Shown here piece by piece: positions 54,649 through 64,000 of a stretch of DNA of 64,000 nt. Below the pieces are notes generated by a model that did no database searches, was not told the DNA's origin, and saw only the letters and a program-made list of their open reading frames with translations. A program made the translations under genes and the position numbers. How positions within the stretch are numbered: the first letter of the stretch is position 1; every line of letters begins with the position of its first letter. Source of the DNA: Ferrovibrio sp. (GTDB lineage: Bacteria; Pseudomonadota; Alphaproteobacteria; Ferrovibrionales; Ferrovibrionaceae); assembly GCF_964218355.1 (NCBI RefSeq), contig NZ_CAXPMC010000008.1:44726-108725 (forward strand), in the 5' to 3' direction.

Positions 54649-55317
54649 TCAGCCGCACGCATGCTTGGCAATCGCCCGGCAGAAGCCGGACACCGCCGCC
54701 GCAGGCCCTTCAGGATGCTGCCAGATTCCGGCCGAGACGGCGAGGAAATCGGCACCGGCGGCAACCAGCGGGGCGCAGTTTTCCACCGTGATCCCGCCGA
54801 TGGCGACGCAGGGGATTTCCATCAGCCCCGACCACCATTCGAGGATTTCCGGCTCGGCCCGGGTCTTCGGCTGCTTGGTGCCGGTGGGGAAAAACGCTCC
54901 GAAGGCGACATAGTCGGCACCCGCCTCGCCGGCCTCCATGGCCAGGTGGCGGGAATTGTGACAGGTAACGCCGACGATGCGGTCGGGGCCGAGGATCCGG
55001 CGGGCCTCCGCATAGGGCGCGTCCTCCTGGCCGACATGCACGCCATCGGCGCCCAGCTTGATGGCCAGATCGGGCCGGTCATTGATCAGCAGGGCGACGT
55101 CATGGTCGTGGCAGACCGGCAGCACGGCCTCGGCGGCACGACGGAAAGCGTTGTCGGAAGCCGTGCGCTCGCCATCCTTCAGCCGCAGCTGCAGGCAGGC
55201 GACGTCACCGGCGCCCAGCGCCGCCTTCAGGGCTTCCGCGAAGGCGGCCGGCTCGATGACCGGCGGCGAGATCAGGTACAGGCGTTGCGCAGGCATGGCG
55301 GCAGCGGCACTTGGCAT
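54649..55317 (-). CDS. thiE: Thiamine-phosphate synthase family protein
   Basis: [41 protein letters not shown] and PCVAIGGI. Confidence 0.88.
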   Translation of the reverse strand: MPSAAAAMPAQRLYLISPPVIEPAAFAEALKAALGAGDVACLQLRLKDGERTASDNAFRRAAEAVLPVCHDHDVALLINDRPDLAIKLGADGVHVGQEDAPYAEARRILGPDRIVGVTCHNSRHLAMEAGEAGADYVAFGAFFPTGTKQPKTRAEPEILEWWSGLMEIPCVAIGGITVENCAPLVAAGADFLAVSAGIWQHPEGPAAAVSGFCRAIAKHACG

Positions 55318-55321
55318 GGGG

Positions 55322-56116
55322 TTATCCGGCAATGAAATCCTTCAGGGCATCCAGTGTCTCGTCAGGCCGCTCGCCCATCATCAGATGGCCGCAGCCGGGC
55401 AGCACGTCGATCCGGCCCTGGCGGAATTCCTGTGCCCAGCCGCGCGCGGCACGCAGCGGCGTCATGATATCGCGTTCGCCGGCGATGATCTGCGCCGGGC
55501 AGGCGGCAGCGGCCACCGCCGCCTTGCCGCCCTGATAGGCGTTGCAGGCGCGGAAACCCAGCGCCAGCGCCGTGCGCGGTGCGCGGTCGACCAGCCGGAT
55601 CGCGCCGGCCAGCAGATACTGGCCCGGCACCCGGTTGCCGCCGATCTGGTTGCTTTTCGCGATCATCCAGTCGTTCATCAGTTCGACCACCGTGTAGGCG
55701 CCGCTGTCGGCCAGGGCCTGCAGTTCCGGATTCACCGCCATCGGGAAGGCGAAGCCGAGCAGCGAGATTCTCGAAACCCGGTCGGGATGGCGTGCGGCGG
55801 TTTCCAGCGCGATCAGGGCGCCCATGGAATGGCCGACCAGCACAGCCTGCTTCACGCCGGCGGCATCCAGCAGTTTCGGCATCCAGTCGGCGAAAGCCTC
55901 GACACTGTCGGGCATCGGGCCTTCCGAACGGCCGTTGCCCGGCAGGTCCAGCGCCAGCACCGAATATCCGTGATACGCGAACCAGCGGGTCTGCAGGGCC
56001 CAGACGGTATGGTCGCAGGCATTGCCGTGGATGAACACCACGACCGGCTGCCCTGCATCGAATTCCCGGCCGCCGGTGGCGGCAAAAACCTTCCGCCCCT
56101 CTACTTCAAGCCACAT
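55322..56116 (-). CDS. Alpha/beta-fold hydrolase
   Basis: [21 protein letters not shown] nucleophile, GERDIMTP and GCGHLMMGE. Confidence 0.9.
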   Translation of the reverse strand: MWLEVEGRKVFAATGGREFDAGQPVVVFIHGNACDHTVWALQTRWFAYHGYSVLALDLPGNGRSEGPMPDSVEAFADWMPKLLDAAGVKQAVLVGHSMGALIALETAARHPDRVSRISLLGFAFPMAVNPELQALADSGAYTVVELMNDWMIAKSNQIGGNRVPGQYLLAGAIRLVDRAPRTALALGFRACNAYQGGKAAVAAAACPAQIIAGERDIMTPLRAARGWAQEFRQGRIDVLPGCGHLMMGERPDETLDALKDFIAG

Positions 56117-56137
56117 CTGCGTTTCCCCGTCCTGTCG

Positions 56138-57451
56138 TTATTCCGCCGCCGCCTTGACCGCCTTCGCCGCGGCGCGCAGGGCCTGGTTAAGATCGTCGGT
56201 CAGGTCCTGCACGTCCTCGAGGCCGACCGACAGCCGCACCAGGTCCTCGCCGATCCCGGCCGCCTTCAGCTCGGCGGCGCTCATCTGCTGGTGAGTGGTG
56301 CTGGCCGGATGGATCACCAGCGACTTGGCGTCGCCGACATTGGCCAGGTGCGAGAAAATCTGCAGATTCTCGATCAGCGCCCGGCCGGCCGCACGGCCGC
56401 CCTTGACGCCGAAACTGAAAATCGCACCGCAGCCCCTGGGCAGCAGTTTCTGCGCCAGCGCATGGTCGGGATGTTCGGGCAGGTCCGGATACGACACCCA
56501 GCCCACGGCCGGATGCGCCTTCAGGAAGTCGACCACCTTCCGCGCATTCGCGACATGGCGTTCCATGCGCAGATGCAGGGTCTCGACGCCCTGCAGGATG
56601 TTGAAGGCGTTGGTCGGCGACAGGCAGGCACCGAAATCGCGCAGGCCTTCGGCGCGCGCGCGCATGATGAAGGCGGCGGGGCCAAACTCCTCGGCGAAAT
56701 CGAGGCCATGGTAACCTGCGTAAGGCTCGGTCAGGGTCGGGAACTTGCCAGACGCCTCCCAGTCGAAACGGCCCGAGTCAATCAGCGCGCCGCCGATGGC
56801 GACGCCATGGCCGCCGAGGAACTTGGTCGCCGAATGCATCACCAGATCGGCACCGTGCTCGAAGCCGCGGAACAGGTAGGGCGTGGCAAAGGTGCAGTCC
56901 AGCATCAGCGGCAGGCCGGCATCGTGGGCAATCTGCGCCACCGCCGGCACATCCAGGACCTCGAGGCCGGGATTTCCGAGAATCTCGCCGAAGACCAGCC
57001 GCGTCTCGGGCCGGATCGCCGCCTTCCAGGCCGCGTGATCGCGCGGATCGACGAAGCTGGTGGTGATGCCGAAGCGCGGCAGGGTATGGACGAGGATGTT
57101 GTAGCTGCCGCCATAGATGTTGCGCGAGGCAACGATATGGCCGCCCTGCCCCATCAGCGTGGCGATGGCGAGATGCAGGGCCGCCTGGCCGGAACTGGTA
57201 CAGACCGCGCCGACGCCGCCTTCCAGTGCCGCCAGCCGCTCCTCCAGCACCGCCACCGTCGGGTTGGAGATGCGCGAATAGATATGGCCGCCGCGTTCGA
57301 GGTTGAACAGGGCCGCCGCATGGTCGGTATCGCGGAAGACATAGGAGGTGGTCTGGTAGATCGGCACGGCGCGCGCGCCGGTGGCCGGATCGGGCTGCTG
57401 GCCCGCATGCAGGCTGAGCGTGTCGAAGCGGTGGAATTTCGGTTCCAGCAT
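56138..57451 (-). CDS. metY: O-acetylhomoserine aminocarboxypropyltransferase (sulfhydrylase)
   Basis: [38 protein letters not shown] (PLP Lys), [20 protein letters not shown] and RLSVGLE. Confidence 0.92.
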   Translation of the reverse strand: MLEPKFHRFDTLSLHAGQQPDPATGARAVPIYQTTSYVFRDTDHAAALFNLERGGHIYSRISNPTVAVLEERLAALEGGVGAVCTSSGQAALHLAIATLMGQGGHIVASRNIYGGSYNILVHTLPRFGITTSFVDPRDHAAWKAAIRPETRLVFGEILGNPGLEVLDVPAVAQIAHDAGLPLMLDCTFATPYLFRGFEHGADLVMHSATKFLGGHGVAIGGALIDSGRFDWEASGKFPTLTEPYAGYHGLDFAEEFGPAAFIMRARAEGLRDFGACLSPTNAFNILQGVETLHLRMERHVANARKVVDFLKAHPAVGWVSYPDLPEHPDHALAQKLLPRGCGAIFSFGVKGGRAAGRALIENLQIFSHLANVGDAKSLVIHPASTTHQQMSAAELKAAGIGEDLVRLSVGLEDVQDLTDDLNQALRAAAKAVKAAAE

Positions 57452-57543
57452 GGCGTCTGCTCCCTGCCCGGCCGGATGCTTCGCGGATCGTTGCCGGGCC
57501 GGCGGGCTGACTGAAGATCGTACCGGGTGTCTCCGGGCCGGGC

Positions 57544-57584
57544 AAAAAAAGTGGGCCGTTCCGTCCGACTGGATGGAACGACCC
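57544..57584 (-). terminator. Intrinsic terminator inside the metY upstream region
   Basis: Minus strand GGGTCGTTCCATCC-AGTC-GGACGGAACGGCCC (14-bp stem, one mismatch) followed by T7, 92 nt before the metY ATG. Confidence 0.8.
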
Positions 57585-57616
57585 CGACATCTGCCTCAAC
57601 CTCGAAACTCCCGCGA

Positions 57617-57645
57617 TTAATCCATGCCGGGAGTACCCTAGTCAA
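57617..57645 (-). promoter_or_regulatory. Sigma70-like promoter upstream of the metY leader
   Basis: TTGACT(57645-57640)-N17-GATTAA(57622-57617). Confidence 0.5.
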
Positions 57646-57674
57646 GCAGGTGTAACAATCTGTTTCCATCCCGC

Positions 57675-57750
57675 AAAAAGAGCGGCCGTCGGGATGACCC
57701 GACGGCCGAGGTCAAACACAACAGGGAGGAAACCATTGACCGGGCCGAGT
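57675..57750 (-). ncRNA. Alpha-r8 / MmgR / Rfam suhB-like small RNA (5' end approximate)
   Basis: UUUCCUCCCU decamer (57732-57723) followed by an 11-bp perfect stem CGGCCGTCGGG/CCCGACGGCCG and a U-tract; no ORF. Confidence 0.7.
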
Positions 57751-57844
57751 ATGCCGATCACGGCTTAAAAAACCGTGAAATGCCGGGCTCCGGCGCGCCC
57801 GGCGGCAGGATGGACAGGCCGGGGCGATGCTGTATGGTCGCGCC

Positions 57845-58483
57845 ATGATCCCGCGCAAAGCCATCGCCGCCGCCGAAGCCGGGGCCAGCTCCGCCGGAGC
57901 GGCCCCGCAGGAGCCGGTGCAGGACCGCCTGCTGGATGCGGCGCTGACCTGTTTCCGCCGCATGGGCGGTAAGCGCACGCGGATCGAGGATATTGCCGCT
58001 GAAGCCGGTCTGGCCCGGACGGCGATCTATCGCTACTACCCCAACAAACGGGCCATCATCGCGGCCCTGGCGACCCGCTGGCTGGCCGCCGATGAGGCCC
58101 GCCTCGCCGATATCGCCCGCGACAGCGGCCGCAGTCCGGCCGCCCGGCTGCAGGCCTTCCTGCTCGCCGATGCCGAAAACACCCGGCATTACCTGGCGGA
58201 TCCCTGTCTGGTCGAGGTTCTCGACGAGGTGATGCGCAATATCGCCGTCGTCATGCGGCAGCACCGCTCGCATGTCCGCCGCCATCTGGCGGGCCTGCTG
58301 GCCGAGGGCCGCGAGGCCGGGGCGTTCCGGGTCGGTGCCGCCGATGCCCAGGCACTGGCGATCGACGACCTGATGGCCAGCTTCCATGCGCCGCAGCTTG
58401 CGGCGATGTTCGACAGAGATTCCTGGCGCGCACGCGCCGAAACGGCCGTCGACATGATCCTGCGGGCTGTCCGTAGCCGCTAG
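57845..58483 (+). CDS. TetR-family transcriptional regulator
   Basis: LLDAALTCFRRMG...TRIEDIAAEAGLARTAIYRYYPNK HTH. Confidence 0.92.
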   Translation: MIPRKAIAAAEAGASSAGAAPQEPVQDRLLDAALTCFRRMGGKRTRIEDIAAEAGLARTAIYRYYPNKRAIIAALATRWLAADEARLADIARDSGRSPAARLQAFLLADAENTRHYLADPCLVEVLDEVMRNIAVVMRQHRSHVRRHLAGLLAEGREAGAFRVGAADAQALAIDDLMASFHAPQLAAMFDRDSWRARAETAVDMILRAVRSR

Positions 58484-58502
58484 CTGGCCGGCATCGCAGT
58501 TT

Positions 58503-58529
58503 GACATTTGACATATTTTGTCTTATGTC
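58503..58529. promoter_or_regulatory. Nested palindromic operator
   Basis: GACAT-TT-GACA-TATTT-TGTC-TT-ATGTC, overlapping TTGACA copies 7 bp before ATG 58536. Confidence 0.6.
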
Positions 58530-58535
58530 TTGGAA

Positions 58536-59039
58536 ATGTCCCCGCTGCAGAAAGCCGTTATCCGCCGGACCATGTCTGCGCTGCTGACCATATCGGCGGC
58601 CCTTGCGATGCATCCTGCCCTGGGCGGTGCCAGCTTTGCCTGGTCGCGGCTGCTGGCAGCGCTGGCCACGAGAACAAAGCGGATCGGTCCGGCGACCGGC
58701 CTGCCGGCGCTCGGTGCCGCCTGGCAGCGCGGCTTCGCCAGCCCGAAACAGGTGCCGGTGACCGCCGTGACCGCCGACACCGTCCTGGCCCGGATCGATA
58801 CTCCCTGCCCGCTGCGCGGCACCGGCCGCACGGCTGCCTGCTGGCGGATGATGGAATACGACCGGGCCGTGGCGGCGGCGGCCGGCGGCCAGTTCGTGGT
58901 GCTGGAAAGCCAGGCCGAGCCGGGCGTCACCGCCTGCCGGGTTGCCCTGCGCCTGGCCGGGCAGCCCATGGACGACCTGGTTCCGGCGCATATCCGCGCG
59001 CCGGAGGCCGGGCTGCGGGGCCGAGCCCTCAGGTCTTGA
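58536..59039 (+). CDS. Hypothetical protein with a three-Cys V4R/ATC-hydrolase-like pattern
   Basis: TPCPLRGTGRTAACWRMMEYDR...ESQAEPGVTACRV. Confidence 0.7.
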   Translation: MSPLQKAVIRRTMSALLTISAALAMHPALGGASFAWSRLLAALATRTKRIGPATGLPALGAAWQRGFASPKQVPVTAVTADTVLARIDTPCPLRGTGRTAACWRMMEYDRAVAAAAGGQFVVLESQAEPGVTACRVALRLAGQPMDDLVPAHIRAPEAGLRGRALRS

Positions 59040-59205
59040 AGAAGCCCGCCGCGGTGCCGCGCGCGGCCTGCTTGGCCCTGATCACCTCGCGGATCGTGGC
59101 AATTTCCGCCTCCAGTTCGGCGATACGGCCCTCGAGATCCTCGATCGACATCACGTCGTATTTCGGTGCCGCCGGCCGGCGTGTCGTAGCCTCGTCCCAG
59201 TCCAT
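59029..59205 (-). CDS. DUF1192 family small coiled-coil protein (58 aa, not in the ORF track)
   Basis: MDWDE...MSIEDLEGRIAELEAEIATIREVIRAKQAARGTAAGFFKT; SD GGGAGGA. Confidence 0.85.
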   Translation of the reverse strand: MDWDEATTRRPAAPKYDVMSIEDLEGRIAELEAEIATIREVIRAKQAARGTAAGFFKT

Positions 59206-59357
59206 GTCGTCCTCCCGTCGCGGCGCCCGTTTCCCGGCGGTCCGAGACTAGCGGCATTGCGGCGCCCCGCTCAATCCCGGCCGCCACCAAATCCTGCTAT
59301 ACTCCGCGATCCGCCGCCCTAATCTTGGGCGTGCCTCCCTTCCCGCCCCGAGTTCCC

Positions 59358-60569
59358 ATGCCCGAAAACAATTCTGCCGCGCCGGCCGCCGAAGCCCCGG
59401 CGATGACCGGCTTTCTGACCTTCGTCTTTGCCGCCGCCTGCGGCCTGGTGGCCGCCAATCTCTATTACGCCCAGCCGCTGATCGGCCTGATTGCGCCGGA
59501 TATCGGCCTGAGCGACACGCTGGCCGGCTTCGTGGTGACGGTCACGCAGATCGGCTATGGCATCGCGCTGCTGCTGATCGCGCCGCTGGGCGACAAGCTG
59601 GAAAACCGCCGGCTTATCCTGGTCACGCTGATCGCCGCCGGCATTGCCCTCGCCGGCATGGCGTTCACTGCTCATCCGCTGCCCTTCCTGACGGCCGCCT
59701 TCCTGATCGGGCTGACTTCGGTCGGCGCCCAGCTGCTGGTGCCCTTCGCTGCCCATCTGGCACCCGACCACCGGCGCGGCCGCATCATCGGCAACATCAT
59801 GGCAGGTCTGATGCTCGGCATCCTGCTGGCGCGGCCACTGTCGAGCCTGCTGACCGACCTGTTCGGCTGGCGCGCGGTGTTCGGCATCATGGCCGGCGCC
59901 ATGCTGCTGCTGGCGGGGCTGCTCGCGTTGCTGCTGCCCCGGCGGCAGCCGCAGACGCAGCTGTCCTACGGTCGCATCCTGCACTCGCTGTTCGGCCTGC
60001 TGCGCGGCAATGCGGTGCTGCGGCGGCGGGCGGCCTATCATGTGCCGCTGTTTGCCGCCTTCAGCCTGTTCTGGACTGCCGTGCCGCTGCTGCTGGCGGG
60101 GCCGGATTTCGGCCTCAGCCAGCGCGGCATCGCGCTGTTCGCACTGGCCGGCGCCTCGGGGGCCGTGGCGGCGCCGCTTGCCGGCCGCTGGGCCGATCGC
60201 GGCTGGGGCCGCTTCACCACCGGACTGGCGATGGTGCTGGTGGCGCTCAGTTTCCCGGCGGCCTGGTTCGGGGCCGAACTGCGGATGCTGCCCCTGCTCG
60301 TGCTGGCGGCGATTGCGCTGGATTTCGGCGTACAGGCCAATCTGGTCACCGGCCAGCGCGCGCTGTTTGCCCAGGCCCCCGAGGCCCGCAACCGCCTGAA
60401 CGGCCTGTATATCGCCAGTTTCTTCTTCGGCGGTGCCGCCGGTTCGGTGCTGGCCAGCGTCAGCTACACCCATGGCGGCTGGACCGCCACCGCACTGACC
60501 GGCCTGGCCCTGCCGCTGCTGTCGCTGCTGGCCTTTGCCGGCGAATTCCGGCGCGCCCCGGCGGACTGA
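59358..60569 (+). CDS. MFS transporter
   Basis: ANLYYAQPLI, TQIGYGIALLLIAPLGDKLENRRL, GNIMAGLMLGILLARP and ARNRLNGLY. Confidence 0.93.
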   Translation: MPENNSAAPAAEAPAMTGFLTFVFAAACGLVAANLYYAQPLIGLIAPDIGLSDTLAGFVVTVTQIGYGIALLLIAPLGDKLENRRLILVTLIAAGIALAGMAFTAHPLPFLTAAFLIGLTSVGAQLLVPFAAHLAPDHRRGRIIGNIMAGLMLGILLARPLSSLLTDLFGWRAVFGIMAGAMLLLAGLLALLLPRRQPQTQLSYGRILHSLFGLLRGNAVLRRRAAYHVPLFAAFSLFWTAVPLLLAGPDFGLSQRGIALFALAGASGAVAAPLAGRWADRGWGRFTTGLAMVLVALSFPAAWFGAELRMLPLLVLAAIALDFGVQANLVTGQRALFAQAPEARNRLNGLYIASFFFGGAAGSVLASVSYTHGGWTATALTGLALPLLSLLAFAGEFRRAPAD

Positions 60570-60646
60570 GCGCCGCATGCTTGCCGGATCGCGCCCGGGC
60601 CGTTAGATCACGAAGACCATTCAGAAAGCGCACCGGAGGAAACCGC

Positions 60647-61642
60647 ATGCTGCCGCAGGAGATGACCGTCATCGAGATCAGCCAGCCGGGCGGGCCCGAG
60701 GTGCTGAAGCCGGCGCCGCGGCCGATGGCGCAGCCGGCGGCCGGCGAGGTGCTGATCAGGGTGGCCGCAGCCGGCGTGAACCGCCCCGACGTGCTGCAGC
60801 GCCAGGGCATGTATCCGCCGCCGCCCGATGCGCCCGACTATCCGGGCCTGGAAGTGGCCGGCGAGATCGTTGCGCTGGGCCGCGACGTGGCGCGCTGGAA
60901 GGTCGGCGACCGGGTCTGCGCGCTGGTCGCCGGCGGCGGCTATGCCACCTACTGCGTCGCCCCTGCCGAGCAATGCCTGCCGGTACCGGCCGGGCTGGGC
61001 ATGGCGGAGGCGGCCGCCCTGCCGGAGAACTGGTTCACCGTGTGGACCAACATCGCCGACCGCGGCCGGCTGGCTGCCGGCGAGAGCATCCTGATCCATG
61101 GCGGCGCCTCCGGCATCGGCGTGGCGGCGATCCAGCTGGCGAAGCTGCTGGGGGCCGGAAAGATCTACGTCACCGCCGGCACCGACGAGAAATGCCGCTA
61201 CTGCGAGGAACTGGGCGCCGATGCCGCCATCAACTACAAGACCGGGGATTTCGCCGCCCGCATCGGCGAACTGACCGGCGGCCGCGGCGTCGACGTCATT
61301 CTCGACATGGTGGGCGGCAAGTATTTCACCCCCAATATCAAGAGCCTGGCGGAAGAGGGCCGGCTGGTGATCATTGCCGTGCAGGGCGGCCCCAAGGGCG
61401 AGGGCGACCTGAGCCTGGTGATGCGCCGGCGGCTGACGGTGACCGGCTCGACCCTGCGGCCCCGGCCGGTGGCCTTCAAGGGTGCGATCGCCCGGGCGCT
61501 GGAGGAAAAGGTCTGGCCGGCCCTGGCCGACGGCCGGGTGCGGGCCATCATCGACTCCCGCTTCCCGCTGGAGCAGGCGGCGGCGGCCCATGCCCGGATC
61601 GATCATGGCGACCATGTCGGCAAAGTGCTTCTAATTGTTTGA
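60647..61642 (+). CDS. NAD(P)H-quinone oxidoreductase (zeta-crystallin/PIG3 type)
   Basis: GVNRPDVLQRQGMYPPP, PGLEVAG, LIHGGASGIG, ILDMVGG, TGSTLRPR and HVGKVLL. Confidence 0.94.
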   Translation: MLPQEMTVIEISQPGGPEVLKPAPRPMAQPAAGEVLIRVAAAGVNRPDVLQRQGMYPPPPDAPDYPGLEVAGEIVALGRDVARWKVGDRVCALVAGGGYATYCVAPAEQCLPVPAGLGMAEAAALPENWFTVWTNIADRGRLAAGESILIHGGASGIGVAAIQLAKLLGAGKIYVTAGTDEKCRYCEELGADAAINYKTGDFAARIGELTGGRGVDVILDMVGGKYFTPNIKSLAEEGRLVIIAVQGGPKGEGDLSLVMRRRLTVTGSTLRPRPVAFKGAIARALEEKVWPALADGRVRAIIDSRFPLEQAAAAHARIDHGDHVGKVLLIV

Positions 61643-61772
61643 TAGTAATACTAAAATATAAAAAACCGGGTGGTTGCGCCCCCGCCCGGTTCCACTATAT
61701 TGTCGCCCGATTTTTCCGCTCACGCGGCCGACCGCTGACTAGCCGGCCGGCCGCACCAGGAGGATTTTACCC

Positions 61773-62516
61773 ATGGCATTGCCCTTGATGCCCAAAGCCA
61801 CCGCCGTGTGGCTGATCGACAATACCAAGCTGACCTTCGACCAGATCGCCCGCTTCTGCGGCCTGCATCCGCTCGAGGTGAAGGGTATTGCCGATGGCGA
61901 GGTGGCCGTGGGCATCGTCGGGCTCGATCCGGTCGCCAACAGCCAGGTCGCGGCCGAGGAAATCGCCCGCTGCGAGGCCGATGCCGCCGCCGACCTGAAG
62001 CTGCTGGCGCCGACCGTGCCGGTCCAGCGCCAGAAGACCAAGGGCGCGAAATACACGCCGCTGTCGAAGCGCCAGGATCGCCCCGATGCCATCGCCTGGC
62101 TGCTGAAGTATCATCCGGAAGTGCCCGATGCGCAGGTCCAGAAGCTGCTCGGCACCACCAAGGCGACCATCGATTCCGTGCGCAACCGCACGCACTGGAA
62201 CCATGCCAACATCAAGCCGCGCGATCCGGTCAGCCTCGGCATCTGCAGCCAGGCCGAACTCGACCGCACGCTGATCCTGGCCGCCAAGCGCAGGGAAAAC
62301 CGCGAGAAGCGCGAGGCCCGCGCCGCCCGCAAGGCGAATGCCGAGGCCGGCGCCGGCGCGATGCCCGCCGCTGAAATCCCTGCCGCCGAAATCCCCGCTG
62401 CCGACCTGCCGGAAAGTGCGGCAGCCGCAGCCCCGCAGTCCGAGCCGACCATTGCCGATGTGTTCGGCACCGGTCCCGCCGATGACGGCGACAGCGACAG
62501 CGACCGCCGGGACTGA
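61773..62516 (+). CDS. trcR: DUF1013 cell-cycle transcription regulator TrcR
   Basis: MPKATAVWLIDNTKLTFDQIARFCGLHPLEVKGIADGEV, YTPLSKRQDRPDAI and RTHWN; upstream TTGCGC-N16-TATATT. Confidence 0.9.
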   Translation: MALPLMPKATAVWLIDNTKLTFDQIARFCGLHPLEVKGIADGEVAVGIVGLDPVANSQVAAEEIARCEADAAADLKLLAPTVPVQRQKTKGAKYTPLSKRQDRPDAIAWLLKYHPEVPDAQVQKLLGTTKATIDSVRNRTHWNHANIKPRDPVSLGICSQAELDRTLILAAKRRENREKREARAARKANAEAGAGAMPAAEIPAAEIPAADLPESAAAAAPQSEPTIADVFGTGPADDGDSDSDRRD

Positions 62517-62656
62517 ACCGAACCATCCATGCCGATTGGTGCGCCCGGGAACGGGCCTAGGCGCCGCGTTCGCTTTCCGCTATAGCCTTTGGCGGGAGAA
62601 AAGCCCGCGCAAGAGGCAGCTCGCATTTTATCCAGAATCTGGCAGGGGTCCGGGGG

Positions 62657-63631
62657 ATGCTGGTCTTTATCATTCGGCGGCTCATGCAGGCGGTGCTGGT
62701 CCTCGCCGTCATGTCCGTGCTGGTCTTCGTCGGCATCTACATGATCGGCGATCCGCTGGCGATCCTGGCCAGCCCGGAAGCCACCGAGCTTGACCGCGAG
62801 GCGATCGCCCGCGCGCTCGGCCTCGACCTGCCGCTCTGGGAACAGTATCTGCGCTTCCTCGGCGCCGCCCTGACCGGCGATTTCGGCAAATCCTTCGTGT
62901 TCGGCCAGCCGGCCATGCGGCTGGTGCTGGAGCGCATGCCGGCCACCATGGAACTGGCGATCACCGCCACGGTGATGGCGCTGGTGATCGGCGTGCCGCT
63001 CGGCCTCTATGCCGGGCTGCGCCACCAGACGGCGCTGGCCCGCGGCATCATGGCGGGCTCGGTGCTCGGCTTCAGCCTGCCCAATTTCTGGGTCGGCCTG
63101 ATGCTGATCATGATCTTCGCCGTGCAGCTCGGCTGGCTGCCCGCTTCCGGCCGCGGCGAAACGGTCGGCGTGTTCGGCATCCAGCTCAGCATCTTCACCG
63201 CCGATGGCTGGAGCCATATCGTCCTGCCCGCGATCACGCTGGGCCTGTCGAAATGCGCACTGATCGTCCGCCTGGCCCGGGCCACGGCGCGCGAGGTGAT
63301 GCTGATGGATTTCGTCAAGTTCGCCCGCGCCAAGGGCCTGAACGAAAAGCGCGTCATCGGCGTCCACATCCTGAAGAACATCATGGTGCCGATTACCACC
63401 GTCACCGGCCTCGAGCTTGGCACCCTGATCGCCTTTGCGGTGATCACCGAAACCATCTTCTCCTGGCCCGGCATGGGCAAGCTGCTGATCGATTCCATCA
63501 TCCATCTCGACCGCCCGGTCGTCGTCGCCTACCTGCTGACCGTCGTGCTGCTGCTGGTGCTGATCAACCTGGTGGTCGACATCCTGTATTCCGTGCTCGA
63601 TCCGCGCGTGCGGCTCGGCAACGCCAAGTGA
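62657..63631 (+). CDS. Peptide/nickel ABC transporter permease (DppB-like)
   Basis: LGLDLPLWEQY, GDFGKSF, RMPATMELA, PNFWVG, FARAKGL and ITETIFSWPGMGKL. Confidence 0.94.
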   Translation: MLVFIIRRLMQAVLVLAVMSVLVFVGIYMIGDPLAILASPEATELDREAIARALGLDLPLWEQYLRFLGAALTGDFGKSFVFGQPAMRLVLERMPATMELAITATVMALVIGVPLGLYAGLRHQTALARGIMAGSVLGFSLPNFWVGLMLIMIFAVQLGWLPASGRGETVGVFGIQLSIFTADGWSHIVLPAITLGLSKCALIVRLARATAREVMLMDFVKFARAKGLNEKRVIGVHILKNIMVPITTVTGLELGTLIAFAVITETIFSWPGMGKLLIDSIIHLDRPVVVAYLLTVVLLLVLINLVVDILYSVLDPRVRLGNAK

Positions 63632-63647
63632 TCCGGGAGGAGGCGCC

Positions 63648-64000
63648 ATGACCGACACCGCCCTGCCCGCCGCCGCGCCCGCCCCGACGGAATCGCCGCT
63701 GCGGCGCATCATTGCCGAATTCGCCGAGAGCCGCCTGGCCCTGCTCGGCGTCGCCATGCTGGTCCTGTTCGTCGGAGCCGCACTGCTGGCGCCGCTGCTG
63801 GTGCCGCAGGATCCCTACGACCTCGCCACCCTGGACATCCTCGATGCCCGGCTGCCGCCCGGCGAGGTTTCCGGCACCGGACTGGTCTTCATGCTGGGCA
63901 GCGACGGCCAGGGCCGCGACATGCTGAGCGCCATGCTCTACGGCCTGCGCATCAGCCTGTTCGTCGGCGTCACCGCCGTGGCGCTGGCACTGGCGATCGG
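63648..64000 (+). CDS. Peptide/nickel ABC transporter permease (DppC-like), 5' part
   Basis: SD GGAGGAGG; MTDT...LGSDGQGRDMLSAMLYGLRISLFVG; runs off the window. Confidence 0.9.
   Translation, partial: MTDTALPAAAPAPTESPLRRIIAEFAESRLALLGVAMLVLFVGAALLAPLLVPQDPYDLATLDILDARLPPGEVSGTGLVFMLGSDGQGRDMLSAMLYGLRISLFVGVTAVALALAI

Noticed and set aside
57452-57660. Known SAM or SAH riboswitch before metY
   Set aside because: The conserved cores I recall for these classes are absent; reported instead as an unknown terminator-containing leader.

Overview
High-GC alphaproteobacterial chromosome segment. Taxon is inferred from a DUF1013/TrcR gene, DUF1192, an alpha-type L31 and an alpha-r8-like sRNA core. 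Bases 1-28.7 kb are an accessory catabolic and stress block ending at tRNA-Leu(CAA). This block holds a hydroxycinnamate CoA-dependent operon with CouR-type boxes, the NAGGN osmolyte operon with a divergent EctR/CosR-like MarR, stand-alone pcaHG, and a TAXI-TRAP + sulfatase + IclR unit. It also holds a divergent sigma54/NtrC-type nitrogen-scavenging locus containing a triuret hydrolase (all six TrtA signature residues present) but no recognisable BiuH or AtzF. Bases 29-64 kb are mostly conserved core genes: yqaA-dsbB-coq7, HNH-esterase-alkA-gluQ, gap-pgk-fba, ibpA, rpmE, an ABC exporter, a MotA/MotB-like pair, suhB, thiE, metY, trcR and dppBC. Interspersed among them are two perfect parS sites, a DUF2239/GIY-YIG divergon with tandem operators, a paraoxonase-like enzyme, a lipoprotein gene frameshifted by an 8-bp duplication, and sRNA or attenuator-like elements upstream of metY. 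No transposase, integrase, prophage or CRISPR array was seen. The best candidate for an undescribed system is the triuret locus at 19563-27073. All family calls come from motif recognition by eye; no database search or folding program was run. Start codons were trimmed where a downstream start with an SD sequence or a family-typical N-terminus was evident.
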